A DNA stretch of 56,883 nucleotides, filler included, from Basidiobolus ranarum (taxonomy: Eukaryota), in the NCBI GenBank assembly GCA_040143965.1. It is 6 parts of 6 records of this genome, joined end to end, with 100 filler letters (N's around TTAATTAATTAA, not from the genome) between each part and the next. Parts side by side here need not be neighbours in the genome. Positions count along the whole stretch, not along the records: positions 19,026 to 28,430 come from JASJQH010007706.1; positions 28,531 to 37,925 come from JASJQH010007707.1; positions 38,026 to 47,409 come from JASJQH010007708.1; 3 more parts are not named here. One strand, written 5' to 3'. Positions 26,201 to 38,369 of the stretch are shown here, piece by piece (within the stretch, counting starts at the first letter, position 1; every line of letters starts with the position of its first letter). The notes beneath the pieces are model-generated. The model saw nothing but the letters and a program-made list of their open reading frames with translations. It was not told the origin of the DNA and searched no databases. The translations under genes were made by a program, and so were the position numbers.

Positions 26201-27382
26201 GACCAATCGTTAGCAGCACTTCTTTTCGAAACGCTAGTCAGTGATGAAGAATGGTTTTCTTTCTTGTTCTTTAAATCGAGAGATGTCAATATTAAGCGTG
26301 GAGAGCTTTATTCACTAGAGGATGTTATCGAGCCAGACACCAATCGCGGACTGCTCTCATTAATTCAATCCATCACCCAACTAGAGCAATACAAAATTCA
26401 GTCTAGGATTTCCGACATGTGGTTGCAACAATGGAAGAAAAAGAAAACAAATCGCTCATGGATTTTGGCATTGGTTACTTTGTTCCCGCAATGCCCACAA
26501 GCTCTCCAAGAAATGACAATTCAGCTTATCCAATGCACTTTGACTGTAGAATATTCCGACGATCCCATCTGGTGCGATATAGTAGATATGTTCGTTTTGA
26601 ATAGCATCCCTGCGCTCTCTTCTTTGTTTAGAGCTACTTTTAACATGTTTTGCGATGCCCCTCAAATTCGAGATCAGGTCTACACCCGGTTTGAAGAATC
26701 TTTGGCCAAACTGTCGGGACATTTCATCGCTGAAGTTGCCAATAAAACGAAAACACACGGGAAAAAGTCGAAGAAAAAGAAACAGAAATGGAATAGTGCT
26801 GCCCATACAATCTCGAAGCCAGTCACTGAATTTGTGGAGTTATTAAGCAATTATTTGGCTGTGTACGATACAGATACTGGTGCACAAGCACTGGCCAAAT
26901 GGATCATTGACTCGAGCTGCTGCATTTCCTTGATCAAGTTTCTATCCCCTTCCCCTTCATCCCAAATCAGATTGAATACTGTATCGATACTTGATTCACT
27001 AACGAGTATTGCCAAACAAGACCCCATCACCATCGCTCGTTGGGTAAAGACCTGGGAAGCCCAAGAGGTTCGAACTCTTACATCTCTTTTGGCGGACTCG
27101 GATGATTCTATGGCTGAAAAGGCACGGTCTCTTATTGTGCAACTTCTATCATCAACAGTAGATGTATCAGCTTTATGTGACAAATTCAAGAATGAATTAC
27201 ATAGAGATTGTCGAAGCACTTCAGACAAGATTAATAGATTCAGCGCTCAACCTGACCAAATTGGAGCTCTAGGCCCTCTTCGAATAATACTTGCTCGACA
27301 ACAAACTATCCTGCGAAACATCCAAGAACAAGCATCCCGAACTAGCGATATATGCACTAGCAATATATCCACTAGCGTGTAA
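23261..27382 (+). CDS. Large intronless protein of unknown function (1373 aa): S/P/T/Q-rich N-half, helical-repeat-like C-half
   Basis: 4.1-kb uninterrupted ORF from ATG 23261. Composition switches near residue 660 to Leu-rich amphipathic helices. Basic NLS-like clusters KKRRR and KKSKKKKQK. Confidence 0.85.
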   Translation: MDKYYYEYQNSQPPKRSQGSYSVDPRNQKFTRNDYTQESIREQTKAPVGHTFVQDTSSFSGIEPQYQVNSASLPAITNMTSMPKPTTMSSMTNLPQYPNTSTQDQIYSNSLSAGGIFERGQIPYDYQKELTNSTPMTHQSYSTFDSQSSNSNLQTRSMPWTDNTLPSFSSSEHQNRDVFSTPVTNLAPRSGSYVFDSNTTERSNTVDSILRLPSTTLPALDQRYPSGPSQAFRTGVFVETAPVGRMENLNQYQYVSPFNSIPKQESTSSTIGLNLESIPTAEDPYRNEPSLKQAPVPNSTGNPRSSYLDEIFQRKQSVSSTTDNFYLPIASAPSPSRSSISYQGMLPQHTNSGSPPLLENQPSAVLLHDPLHRRVTSNDSLIIPDLAIRQLQPNNPIIPDPQVHRLDPPKGVPLEHPFLFDRNTHTSPVRNPHSVQHNAFTTGSYDISNMNENLVQPGLVSPSKAIKPTSSGTQFSAKTFPVPNTPAQESVTSAAITPSYPQPSIQNAWSSSTGTEPAQEAASYLKPISGQGVYNLSDPNAGSSWPFPTNTNESTIQPESNRSKSLDIPIVNPSKSGHHNIGPLPTAPASQSIKPSSNITVKQDVHKKARYPTSTRHSNTNISDTSTPATEDQNVSNKSSGPLETTSNVIGEPRVTSIIAVAVDTPKIQNVLGPEYIVAPPPHSIYDRDKLITKGVELWIRYAGEESVSKFSDQLKELIGSQYPSDRKFLLEHIIAVWLTWEPEKFHLILEPLSSMVKKRRRIYNKRASPFYALVQLFSPITERVNSIFDPTAELQADYSIDVKCPNLCQNLLEYLTEENTNDHLVTWIIDCLSVTSPLVQKRYFKWLIEKIDWNNSSAVAENSGETNHMQQLLSLLKDDKSKSTISSALISVFFTSWKNREALFKSQELRPTLVSYFNNPGSIAAQNQLYILLADEPESSRFSIILELLNALKEHSEPGSIKWFYNLILPVMIDVIVEKDQSLAALLFETLVSDEEWFSFLFFKSRDVNIKRGELYSLEDVIEPDTNRGLLSLIQSITQLEQYKIQSRISDMWLQQWKKKKTNRSWILALVTLFPQCPQALQEMTIQLIQCTLTVEYSDDPIWCDIVDMFVLNSIPALSSLFRATFNMFCDAPQIRDQVYTRFEESLAKLSGHFIAEVANKTKTHGKKSKKKKQKWNSAAHTISKPVTEFVELLSNYLAVYDTDTGAQALAKWIIDSSCCISLIKFLSPSPSSQIRLNTVSILDSLTSIAKQDPITIARWVKTWEAQEVRTLTSLLADSDDSMAEKARSLIVQLLSSTVDVSALCDKFKNELHRDCRSTSDKINRFSAQPDQIGALGPLRIILARQQTILRNIQEQASRTSDICTSNISTSV

Positions 27383-27460
27383 TATTTATTCAACAAAATA
27401 CTGAATCATTTGTTCTTGTAACTTTTACATAGATTTCGATTATTAATAAACCATGAGCCC

Positions 27461-28415
27461 TTAACACTTGGGATAGATAACATTCTGTGGTGTGATTATT
27501 AAACTAGGCTTTCTATCGAAGTGGTCTACTGGTAAATCATCTTTGATTATCTGAGCAGAAAGGGCCAACGCCACTATTGGTATTGATTTAGAACATCGGC
27601 CATTCAAAATTGCTTACTTATTTCACATTACCTGTATATGGCATTTTCCCGCTGTTGGCGCATCGCTCTAGGTAACGATCATAATATCTAAAAATCATAA
27701 GGTTATCGCAAACTCTTAAAAGTTATATATTAGACTGTGCGAACCCTTTCCCATGGCCAATTCTTGAGCCAGAAAGATCAAAGCCAAGACCTAAGTGGAA
27801 CTTTAATTAGTACGGAGTCAGAGTGTTGTTACGTATATACTCTAGATTTACCAGGCATAATTATGAGGTCAAGTCCTCCATTATCAAAAGCTATAACGAG
27901 TGTGAACTTGAGAGGAGGTAAATATGCTTTAACTATCAATATCTACAAACCGTTTTCTCTAATTTCATCAAGTCTAGGTTCTGGTATCTGCCACTTATTC
28001 AAAGGAAGAGAAAGGTAATCTTCGTAGGAATTCAAGCGAAGCATTTCCATCTGAGTTCCATCGCACCTTGGTACAAAGCATTCTTTACCTAACGGAGAAC
28101 TCGTGTAAATATATAGAATACAAAGAATATACAGATAACAAATACCCTGGTCGAAGAGGCTTTGAATAATTTCTTGTGTCTTTATTTCCCCTGACATATT
28201 TATGTAAACAGATACACGTCGACTTTCCTTGAAAGTCTTTGACTCCAATAACTGAGCTACAACTTGTCGACCTAGAAGTGGCTTTAACATATGTTTATGA
28301 TTTGGTAAATAAATGAACGCATACTTTCATTGTCGACTACTTCCTCGGAAACCAAGGCTAGCTGTTTTCTCAAGTCTTTTCGCAAAGCTGTTTTCAGTGC
28401 TTTAATACCACTCAT
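27461..28415 (-). CDS. FAU1: 5-formyltetrahydrofolate cyclo-ligase (MTHFS), multi-exon
   Basis: Spliced MSGIKALKTALRK..VSVYINMSGEIKT..CFVPRC..LPLNKWQIPEP..GLDLIIMPGLGFD..RIGHGKGYYDRY..ALALSAQI..LPVDHFD. Confidence 0.93.
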
Positions 28416-28430
28416 TTGAATTGTCTGCTA

Positions 28431-28530
28431 NNNNNNNNNNNNNNNNNNNNNNNNNNNNNNNNNNNNNNNNNNNNTTAATTAATTAANNNNNNNNNNNNNN
28501 NNNNNNNNNNNNNNNNNNNNNNNNNNNNNN
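28431..28530. other. Artificial contig linker
   Basis: N44-TTAATTAATTAA-N44. Confidence 0.99.
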
Positions 28531-28653
28531 TAGCCATTTTTACTGAGTATTTTTAGACATTTTTGTTAATTTATTTTGTTTGCATACTCTTGACTAAAAG
28601 ATAAAAATTAATGAGGATTCAAATATTACGAAATTTGATGAACTCTATTGAGC

Positions 28654-30790
28654 ATGCTTAGTATTGTTAGAGACTCAAGTTCTAACACACACTCTTTACA
28701 ATCATGTGAAGAATGTCGTCGACGGAAAAGAAAATGTAGTAAAACCAAACCTACTTGTATGAATTGTATTAAAAATAAGACCGAATGTGTGTATAAAAGT
28801 CCACGAAAAGTATGTATTCTCTTTCAAGTAGTTAAAATGGAACTATTGTATTAATTCATTAAAAGCGGGGACCTCCAAAAGGTTATATGTCTGGCTTGAG
28901 ATCTACTAGCTTCCTTATCGACCAAGAGCACCCAGAGAAGAAAAAGAAACAAACTCACAATTGTTTATCGGAACGATTGGAATTTGAGCCCAAGATACCA
29001 CTGAGAAGCTTGCAATTTCTCTCCAAATCTTCGATTCTTCTTCCGAAAATTCCACCAAAACTTCAAATCGAGCTAATACAAACCTTCTTAAAATCTTTTA
29101 GTTTTTCAGCACCCATTTTTCACCACGAGTATTTTTTCTATCGTCTTCATAAACAGGCTCTTCCCAATTTTCTACTTCAAACTATGTTCGCTATAGGAGG
29201 TAGATTCTTTCTGAAAACACATGAACTGGGAATTACTGATAGCAGAATTCCTGAGGAGTGGTTGGACTTGGTCAGAAATGCAAATTTCACTGAAACTTCT
29301 ATGCAGCTTGCTCAACAACAAATTTTCATGGAGCCCAATACATACAATGCGATTGCATTAACCCTTTTGTCCACAATGATGTATTATGATGGTGAAAATT
29401 CTATTGCTTCGACATGTCTTAGTAAGAATGCTTGCATTTACTTGCTTTTGAATATTTAACTGATTCTATATTCCTTTCTTAGTGATGGCGGCCAAGTAAG
29501 AACATCAATATGTAAACATACATATGTCATAAACTAAACCTGATTGTTGTACTCTACCAGGATTGTCCAAGATTTAAATTTGGCCTTACAAGATATGAAT
29601 CAGGATACGACATCGATTAGTCCCATTAATAACATCGAAAAAGAAGAACGGCGTCGGCTTTTCTGGTGTTTGCATATGGTGGATCGTTGGGCGCAGAATC
29701 TAATGATACATAGTACAAGAGTTATGGATGAGAATAGCGCATATGTGTTACCACCAGGTAGTGAACTGAAATGGCAACAAACGCCGTTTAATATACTCGA
29801 GACACAAGGTCGTATTTACAACTGTCCATCGGTGGTGTCTGATGAAGATCGACAGATGTGGTCTTTCATGATCGAGATGGAGTTTCTTCATGGGGACATC
29901 GCTTGTTTTGCCAACTCTCTCATCGACTATAGTAGGTCACTGAACCCATTCGAGAATCTTTACTTCAATCATGAAACACCCGATTTTTCCGCGAGACTAC
30001 ATCAATTGCAGAGCGCACTTCAGAACTGGGATGAGCGGTTACCTGAAGAGCATCGATATACTTTTCTACCTCCAGTGAAAGAACAATGTGTCATCATCCA
30101 GTTAGATACTGTTAAGATTCCGAGATGGATGCGAATTGTTTATCTCGTCAGCAAGCTATATCTGTACGAGATTCGTATGAATTTCCGCTACCAAACTTTC
30201 GATGTGAGCACTTTTAAGGATTGTCTTGAAACAGGTGAGTTTGTCAAGATAGAGTTTGCATGAATGACCGATTGATCCTTATTTATTAATACTCCTCAGC
30301 GGCCGAGTTCGTAAAGATAATCCGCATACTGCCAGGAGAAGAATTGATACATGATCCAGTGATTTTCTCAACCGTTCCGTTTATTTGCCGTGTTCTTCTT
30401 ACCATCATAAATTGTCTTATTGATGATAAAGTGAGTAATTTCACCGATGCCGAAAAGCTATTGATATCCCGTCAAGCCAGGGAACAACTGAACTCTATGC
30501 ACGAAATTCTTCAAAACGTCGACCCCGTATGGCAGTATACAATCCAAGACATTTCGCAGTTGACGCGGATGAAAGAAATCGCTAATCAAGCATTTTCTTT
30601 GTTAGAAGCTTCGTTACTGGAGCCACATGTTGTAACATATTCGTCGTCATCATCGGAATGTAGTTTGGTCTACAATCCTGAGGGTAGTGCGACTTTCTCG
30701 ATACCTGATTTAGAACAGGAACTCGAGAAGGTTGGAGATTTGTCAGATGTTTCTGAGTTGGAAAACTTGCTGCTTCCTTATTGCAATTAA
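28654..30790 (+). CDS. Zn(II)2Cys6 transcription factor with fungal TF middle homology region
   Basis: CEECRRRKRKCSKTKPTCMNCIKNKTECVY..RK|RGPPKGY and EKEERRRLFWCLHMVDR. Includes a 13-nt microexon at 29483-29495 (LMMAAKIVQDLNL). Confidence 0.92.
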
Positions 30791-31110
30791 TCAATATCAG
30801 GACCACATAAGCATCCACATTCGTCAATATAGAAGATTCAATCAATCATATCAAATAAACTGCCATCTGTTCACGGATTTCACTTCCATGCTGAAGCGAA
30901 GCATAATTTATTTGTAGACTCAAACAACGCTCACTTGTTAACTGAAGTTGATTCTACAGATATAATGCTGCACCTACTTGTGATCTAGTACATTTGGTGA
31001 CTAAAAGTCATAATGCGCCAATAATTAAGGAAGATATCAAATATACAATTCGCAACGAAACCTACATCGCGCATATTTATAAGCAATTCTATGGCCGAAT
31101 GAGGGGGTAG

Positions 31111-32510
31111 TTAAATCATCTTCATTCTTTTGAAATAAATTACACACACAACGAACAGAGCTACCATGAACCCGACAATACCAAAGAACCATACCAGGCT
31201 GGCATTCTCCTTACCGGGAACTTTAACATTCATTCCCCAAAGGCCAGCAATAACGTGCATGGGAAGTAGAATAGTACCGAGGATGGTTAATTTGGCCACC
31301 AAATTGTTCAATGCGTCACTACTGTGAGTAATTTCAATGGAAATTTGAGCCAGGTAATTAGAATGCGCACGGGATAATTTCTTTTCAAAATGCTCAGCAC
31401 TCTGAACCATAGAGAGGATGTGATCTGTAATTTCATAGATTAGCATTGACATGTTGAAATAGTGAAAAGCAATGACTTTCACTCACCTTGAACATCACCA
31501 AGATAAAGTCCAAACTCGTGTTTCTCTTTGATTTTCAGCGCTTCAATTCTCTTAATTACGGCTCTCACTACATCGGCTTTGGGCTTCAGAGTCCTAAGAA
31601 GCCCGGAAAGAGCTTTTCTAGCTCTGCCAATTCTACGGAGCATATCCGCCTGTTCGGAATGCTTGAGGATAAATACCAATTCGTCAATGGAGTTCGATTC
31701 ATGCTCCAAACTCTTCTCCAAGGGGATGAAGTCGTCAACAATGGAATCTATCAGTGCGTAATTCACCCAGTCTGGAGAAAGAGTGAGATAATCCTTTAGA
31801 TGGTCGTATCTTAGTAAGACTTTCTCCGGATGATAAATTGGAAGGTAATGAAAAGTAAGAATGCAATTCTTCATCACAACGTTGTATACGCTTATCGGGT
31901 TTTCTACATTTCTAGAATTGCCACAGTCACGGACATCAAATGTTTGAACACTAACGAAATAGTAGTTCCAAAAAGACTCACATTTCTCTCGTATCTCCGC
32001 CCGTTGGATATCTTCGATGGTCAATGGATGAATTTGAAAGATCCTACCGATCCATTTCAGATCGTTATCGCTGGGGTTAAGAAAGTCAATCCAGTACGTA
32101 TCAAGACTCAACAGATCCGCTAGAGTGCTCTTCTCAGAAGCCAAATTAGAAAAATTATTCGCTCTGATACTGCCAGTCTGTGGAGAGAAAAAGGTGATCT
32201 GTCGGGAACCATTATTTTGAGTATCCTGTATGATGAGGCTTTTCCTCTTTGAAGTGGTATGACTGCGATGAACCTGATACTGTCCAGCCGTAAGATACTT
32301 GTGAAGTGCATCCGAATCGAAAGAGATGTCACTTTTAGATACTACAATTGGAAAACAAACATCCTCCTCGCGAACAAAATCGCAGTCAGTAGTTACACAA
32401 GCATCGAGTAATTCTTCTCTATAAGTGTAATGTGGATTTTCCTCGGTCGTATACAATACTACTTTGGATTCGCTACCTAGAGTAGAGGAGCTGGCTGATT
32501 TGGTGTGCAT
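31111..32510 (-). CDS. CorA-family Mg2+ transporter (Alr1/Mnr2-like)
   Basis: Intron 31425-31486. YWID..IHPLTIEDI..EKCE, YALIDSIVD, YLGDVQDHI and GLWGMNVKVPG, with two C-terminal TM segments. Confidence 0.95.
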
Positions 32511-33250
32511 ATTAAGAAGGCATAAAATGAGGGAAGGGGAATAGGAAAAGGGAAAAGAAAGCGGGACAAGTTCAATGATGAACTTTATCTAACTTATATT
32601 CTAACACGTAACTGGGTGAGCGGTTAGGCTATGGAATCTAGTTTCAGGGAATATTCAATCATGAATTTCAGAGAACAATCAGTGTCGATGATAGGTGATC
32701 CTATTATATATATGTCTCCACCAATGAAGTAGAGATTTCTATCTATCTATCTTAAGAGCCTTTCAAAAATGTTCCCTTGCGCGAATGATTATTTTAGAAT
32801 CAGAGCTCGGTAGGGATTTCTATGTTCCCGTTTTGGGTTGAGGTTTTTACAGATTAACTAAAATCCTTCATAGTTAGAGTCAGTAATAGAAGCTTCTCCT
32901 ATCTTCAAGTCATACGCCCCTTTATCAGGTACTGTACTCAGATACTTTCTTTTAAGAATGGCTCTTACGGAAGGCTAATCTGAAAGTTATGCAGCCTTGG
33001 TATCCGCAAAAATCACTATTGCTAGTCTATAGTTATGGAGTAGAGAGAATTGAATCTTCTTGTTTATAAACACCATGAAAAGGTTAGGGTTAGGTTTAGG
33101 AAGCAATATATAGCGGATAACGGATCAGGAAAAATGTTCGATTCTTTAATATTGCGCTAGCCGGATAAGAACCATCAAGATACGAGGATAGTACGTGGAG
33201 AGTTTGATTTACTCATGCTTTATGAGTTGCGCTTGGTGATTGGTTTTCGT

Positions 33251-33315
33251 ATGAGCATGGATTACGAGCATGGATTGCGAGCATGGATTATGAGCATGGA
33301 TTACGAGCATGGATT
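33251..33315. repeat. Tandem repeat, 13 bp x5
   Basis: Units ATGAGCATGGATT, ACGAGCATGGATT, GCGAGCATGGATT, ATGAGCATGGATT, ACGAGCATGGATT. Confidence 0.95.
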
Positions 33316-34330
33316 CAACAATTCTGTCTGCCTATTTATCTGTCGATTTATTTGCTTGCATGGACATGCACTATTTCAACTAAGATCTATGAGAGTGCCA
33401 CCGAATCACCGCTTTTGAAGCTTTATTCAACCAAAACCATACTTGGCATGATATTGATAAGATTGTACTAGAGCCGGATTGAGTCTGGACCCTAGTTGAG
33501 GACCCTGGTGGCTCTACCAGATTAGGTATTTGTCTAGGATAAATATATTTGCATTATGCCGCAATTTGTATATTTTTGTCACCCGAGGAATTGGATACTA
33601 CATTACTAAGAAGGTAGATTTTTAGTATTGGTGGTAACATTCTTGTGAGGTATTCAGATTTAATGATAAATACATGGGAAGTACGAAATAGACATTGTCT
33701 GTGGGGAATCATGTTGAATATGTATATTCTATGGATATAGTCTACACTCCGCGTCTCTGGTTTAGCTATTTATATCTTTACCATTATTGCCGCAATGGCA
33801 AATACCATGGCCAGTAGTAAATAGATACTGTAACATCAGTTTGATGTATCTACTTGAGAAGAATGCACCACAATCACTATGTTCTTACTAGTTTGTAACT
33901 TAATATCGAAATCAGGAACACATGGGTTAGTCATAATGGAGTGAGAAGGTGCTATAGTCATTTGTGCTCAGCTTTGTGAGTGACAGTACAGAAGCATAAA
34001 ATAGATGAGAAAAATCCGAAAATCTAAATTCCAGCATTTAAGATATACTGCCTTCTTGTCTGGTTGAAAGGATTTCAAACTATTGCTGACTTTTTGATGG
34101 TGTGGCTGAAATCAAACCTTTTGCACATTTCATTTAGTGGTATTCGCATTGTAGTTTGAATATGTGGCTATGTGTTAACCAGATGATTTGTACATCTTCA
34201 GGTTTAGGATGTTATCATGAAAATAGAGGCTAGTCAGAGTAACAGTTTGAAAAATCTATATATCTGAGAACTTCTAAGTTGGTGTCAATATTCTAAGTAA
34301 ATTACTCATGAGAATAATGGGTAATATCTT

Positions 34331-34384
34331 AGTGAAATATGAGGTAACTAAGTACTAAGTGAAATATGAGGTAACTAAGTACTA
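34331..34384. repeat. Perfect 27-bp tandem duplication
   Basis: AGTGAAATATGAGGTAACTAAGTACTA twice. Confidence 0.95.
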
Positions 34385-35134
34385 AGCTATATATGACTAT
34401 ATAGGTTTTTAGGTAAAGCTAATTTCAACAAGTTCAATACTGCAATATCATAACTGATCGTGTTATTCTTACTTGGGTTTGGATATTACCAAACCTACCT
34501 TTTGAATCATCAAATGCTCATTCAAGGTTTGAACAGGTCCCAACCTTAATGATTTATCATCGGAAATCGGACTAAATCGGAATGAATTGTAACCGGAGTT
34601 TTGGAATGCAATTTGCTCATTAATCCAATGAATAATTATTGACACCTGATGTAATATCCGCACCTTGGGAATTTGATTCCCAAAAGGATGTGTACTATAT
34701 GCTGATCCCTAACCGAGGAAATTGATCAACGTGTGCACCGCCCTGGTTTCCTAATTTTCTTATGCTCAAGGCTGATTCAGTATTTCACGTATGACAAGTT
34801 CTATGTACTGACTTGCTAATTTCTCTCAACTAACAGATTTCACCCAGCATCACATTAGGTGTTTACATTCTAATAATACCACTTGTTGATAGAATGGCGT
34901 GAGCAAAGTCGTTGGGAAAATAAAGATGTCGAATACAAATATACAATATAAAAATTTACGAGAAATATACGATTAACAATGTCTCAACTTTGTTCAGATA
35001 ACAAACACATGTTATTTTATGTCTATTCCCACGAAATACTTATCTCACACATGACCTCTAGAGGTACTTTCAAAGCATATATAAGTGATCTCATTTCTTC
35101 TTCAATTCTACATCTTCATAGTTTCTTACAAATC

Positions 35135-36382
35135 ATGGTTAGCTTCCGCATTTTCGCTTTGGGTACTTTGGCTGCAGTGCTATTATCAACTCCGCTTATT
35201 GATGCTCAAAACCTCAACCTGGATAATCGCTACATTGTCAAGCTCAAGGGTGAAGCTGATTCTAAGCAAGGTATAAATGCTTAAATATTGCATACCAAAT
35301 ATAAGCCCTTACTAACATTGCTTCTAGTGGACCGTTTTCTTAAATCCAAGTTGGATCAATATAATCGCGGTCGCAGTGGAGGAAATGCCATTCGAAATGA
35401 ACTTCGCACCAAATTTAATTTAAACAATTTCAAAGCTTACGCTGGAACATTAAGCCAGGCTTTGGTTTCTGAACTAAGTAGTCATTCCGACATTGAGTTC
35501 ATCGAGGCTGAGCAAGAGTATTCTCTGAGTGAATCTCAGTCGAATCCTCCTAGTTGGGGTTTACCAAGAATTTCTCAAAGAGAATTGGATTTAACTGCTC
35601 CATATAACTATCCAACTTCCGCTGGAGAAGGTGTAGATGTTTATGTCCTAGATACTGGTATTTATGCTGCACATGAAGAATTCGAAGGAAGGGCTAGTCT
35701 TCCTGTTAGTTTCATTCAGGGTGAGGAGGCCGAGGATTTAAATGGTCATGGTACACATGTTGCTGGTACTGTGGGTGGAAAAACATTTGGAGTCGCCAAG
35801 AAAGTCAAGTTAATTGGAGTCAAAGTTTTAAGCGGTCAAGGCACTGGAAGTACATCGGGTGTGATTTCGGGTATTAACTGGGTAGCGGAACAAGCGAAAT
35901 CAAGTGGCCGTAAGAGTGTAGCTAACTTGTCCCTAGGAGGTGGCAAAAGTGCAGCCCTAACTGCAGCCGTGGAAGAAGCAGTTAAAGCAGGTGTTAGCTT
36001 TATTGTTGCTGCAGGAAATGAAAGCCAAGATGCTTGCAACGTATCTCCCGCAAATGCCCCATCTGCTTTTGCTGTTGGATCCACTACTCCTACTGACTCT
36101 CGTAGATATACTAGTAACTGGGGAGCTTGTGTACAAATTTCTGCTCCCGGAACCGAGATTAATTCCGCATATATTGGCAGTGTTAACGCTAACAAAAAAC
36201 TCTCTGGTACTAGTATGGCCAGTCCTCATGTCGCTGGCGTTGCAGCATTACTTCTAGCTGAAGGGCAGGTATCTACTCCAAAGCAGGTTTACGCTGCTTT
36301 AACCTCAGCGGCTACCAAAGATGTTTTGACCGATTTGAAAGGAGCTACACCAAATCTATTGTTGTATAGCAGCAGTGCATGA
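35135..36382 (+). CDS. Secreted subtilisin (S8A, proteinase K-like) with I9 propeptide
   Basis: Signal peptide MVSFRIFALGTLAAVLL, YIVKLK, intron 35271-35327. Catalytic VLDTG, HGTHVAG and GTSMASPHVAG; oxyanion AAGN. Confidence 0.97.
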
Positions 36383-37329
36383 ATCTAGTTGTATAAATGT
36401 AGCAGACTTGAATATCTAAAAATAAAAGTCTCAATCAAGCGATAATGACCACAAATATTATCCATTGCATATGCAATCTCTATCATCTTGACCGTGTAAG
36501 GAGCAATCTTGCTTACTCCAGATTATATCGCGCAAAAACTGCCTTGAAATGTCACAAGGATCGTATTTGGTCAATAGTATTTTCTCATTTTCGATGAAGT
36601 GAATGCAACTTACGAATGCAATTATGATAAATAAAATAGATGTTGACAAATTCCTTTTAGTATGCAATAAGCAATATATTAAACTATTAACAACCACCAA
36701 GTTGATCAATATGAATTGTCTGTTGTATATATTAGGAGAATACTCCAATTGTGCAAGAAAACTGGTATTAGTGATAATGAATTATTATCGGTTACCAAAA
36801 GTTGGATAAATCAGAACAAATTATTAATACACCGTCCCAAAGGCGCAATGCTGCAAGCTTTGAAAGTAAGAAAAATTGCACTCTGGTATTCTTTAACTTT
36901 ACTTGCCTCGAATATATGTCTGTAGAATACTTCCAACTAGGTAATTTGGGAAGCTAATAACTGTTTACCTCTAGAAATGCGCCATTTGGGATAAATTGTA
37001 GACATAGAATATTTAACTCCAAGAGTCCTAAGAAGTTAAATAGATATGGCTGAGGGTCAATTTTCTGAAAGCTAATAACTATAGGTGCGTGAGGAATAAG
37101 TATAAACTGTTCTATGACATGTTCAAAATCATTGAATGTTGCTTCATATTTAATACATGTACCAGTAAGGTAAATATCATGTAATTTAGCATATTGCGAA
37201 TTTCTTCAATTCATATTTTGGAATGCACCACAGTTAGCGAGCAATTTTTGAACACAGCTTGGGGACTTCAACAATGTCTAGCAAGATCATCAGCGGGGAT
37301 AGTCCATCAATATTGATAGCGACACAATA

Positions 37330-37870
37330 ACTTACAATACCTTCTGAGTTTATTGATAAGAGACTAATTTACAACAGTCCATAAAATTGCAACATCAGTG
37401 CTAAACTGAATTTACAGGCAAAAACCTCTACTTATAATTGATGAAAATATTGCAATACATAGAATGCCTCAATGCTGGAACCAAAGTAAGAATATGACCA
37501 ATTGTATATATATCAAAATTAGGAGCAACATTTATTGGAACCAATTTTGGAGACCATTGATACTCATATAAGTGCCTCCCGCATGCATAGGAATCCTAAA
37601 CAATCTCTTTTAACTTGTGGATACATAATTAGTGCAGTAGTATTTATGGTTTGATGTTAGGGCATATTTGAGTTAAATGGCACATCTATAATAAGTGAAG
37701 TTTGTTTTAAGCCATGTTAATGCTGTAAATTATTATCTAAGCAAAATTCAGGAAATCAACATTAGATATACTGAACACAATTTATGAATAGGTGCTGAGT
37801 TTCAATATTGCAGCAGCCATAACCAACATGAAATTGACAAGAACATACATTTATATAGCTCATACATATA
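37330..37870 (-). mobile_element. Possible decayed non-LTR (LINE) 3' relic
   Basis: Minus strand at about 37775-37830 reads YGCCNIETQHLFINC, resembling the C..C..ET..HLF..C zinc knuckle of LINE ORF2. Many stops and very few CpG. Confidence 0.3.
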
Positions 37871-37925
37871 GTGTCGGTTCCAATATTGGTTTAGGGTAAG
37901 CTGAGTAGTTGTTGGGCTAACGAGT

Positions 37926-38025
37926 NNNNNNNNNNNNNNNNNNNNNNNNNNNNNNNNNNNNNNNNNNNNTTAATTAATTAANNNNNNNNNNNNNNNNNNN
38001 NNNNNNNNNNNNNNNNNNNNNNNNN
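37926..38025. other. Artificial contig linker
   Basis: N44-TTAATTAATTAA-N44. Confidence 0.99.
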
Positions 38026-38027
38026 CC

Positions 38028-38369
38028 ACTACCAAGGAGCCGGTGCCCTATCTTTCCTGCCAAATGTATCAAAGGTCATGCGATATGGGGCTCGGAGTAC
38101 CCTTCAATGTGGCAAGCTATGCCCTGTTGACATGTATGATCGCTAAAGTCACAGGGCTTAAGCCGGGAAATTTCATACACTGTATGGGGGACGCGCACAT
38201 CTATCAAGACCACATTGATGCTTTGACCCTACAAGTTCAGCGCACACCTAAGCCATTCCCATCATTGCAAATTCAACGATCAATTAGGTCGATCGAAGAT
38301 TTTAAGTTTGAAGATTTCAAGTTGGAAAACTATTGTCCCCATGACAAGATTTCAATGAATGTATCCTGA
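38028..38369 (+). CDS. CDC21: Thymidylate synthase, 3' part (5' truncated; possible extra terminal exon 38475-38486)
   Basis: [48 protein letters not shown]. Confidence 0.95.
   Translation, partial: TTKEPVPYLSCQMYQRSCDMGLGVPFNVASYALLTCMIAKVTGLKPGNFIHCMGDAHIYQDHIDALTLQVQRTPKPFPSLQIQRSIRSIEDFKFEDFKLENYCPHDKISMNVS

Noticed and set aside
33251..33315. CRISPR-like repeat
   Set aside because: Head-to-tail 13-mers with no spacers, no cas genes, and a eukaryotic context.
36458..36945. Exon-like fragments downstream of the subtilisin
   Set aside because: Splice-like signals are present, but there is no coherent frame or recognisable product.
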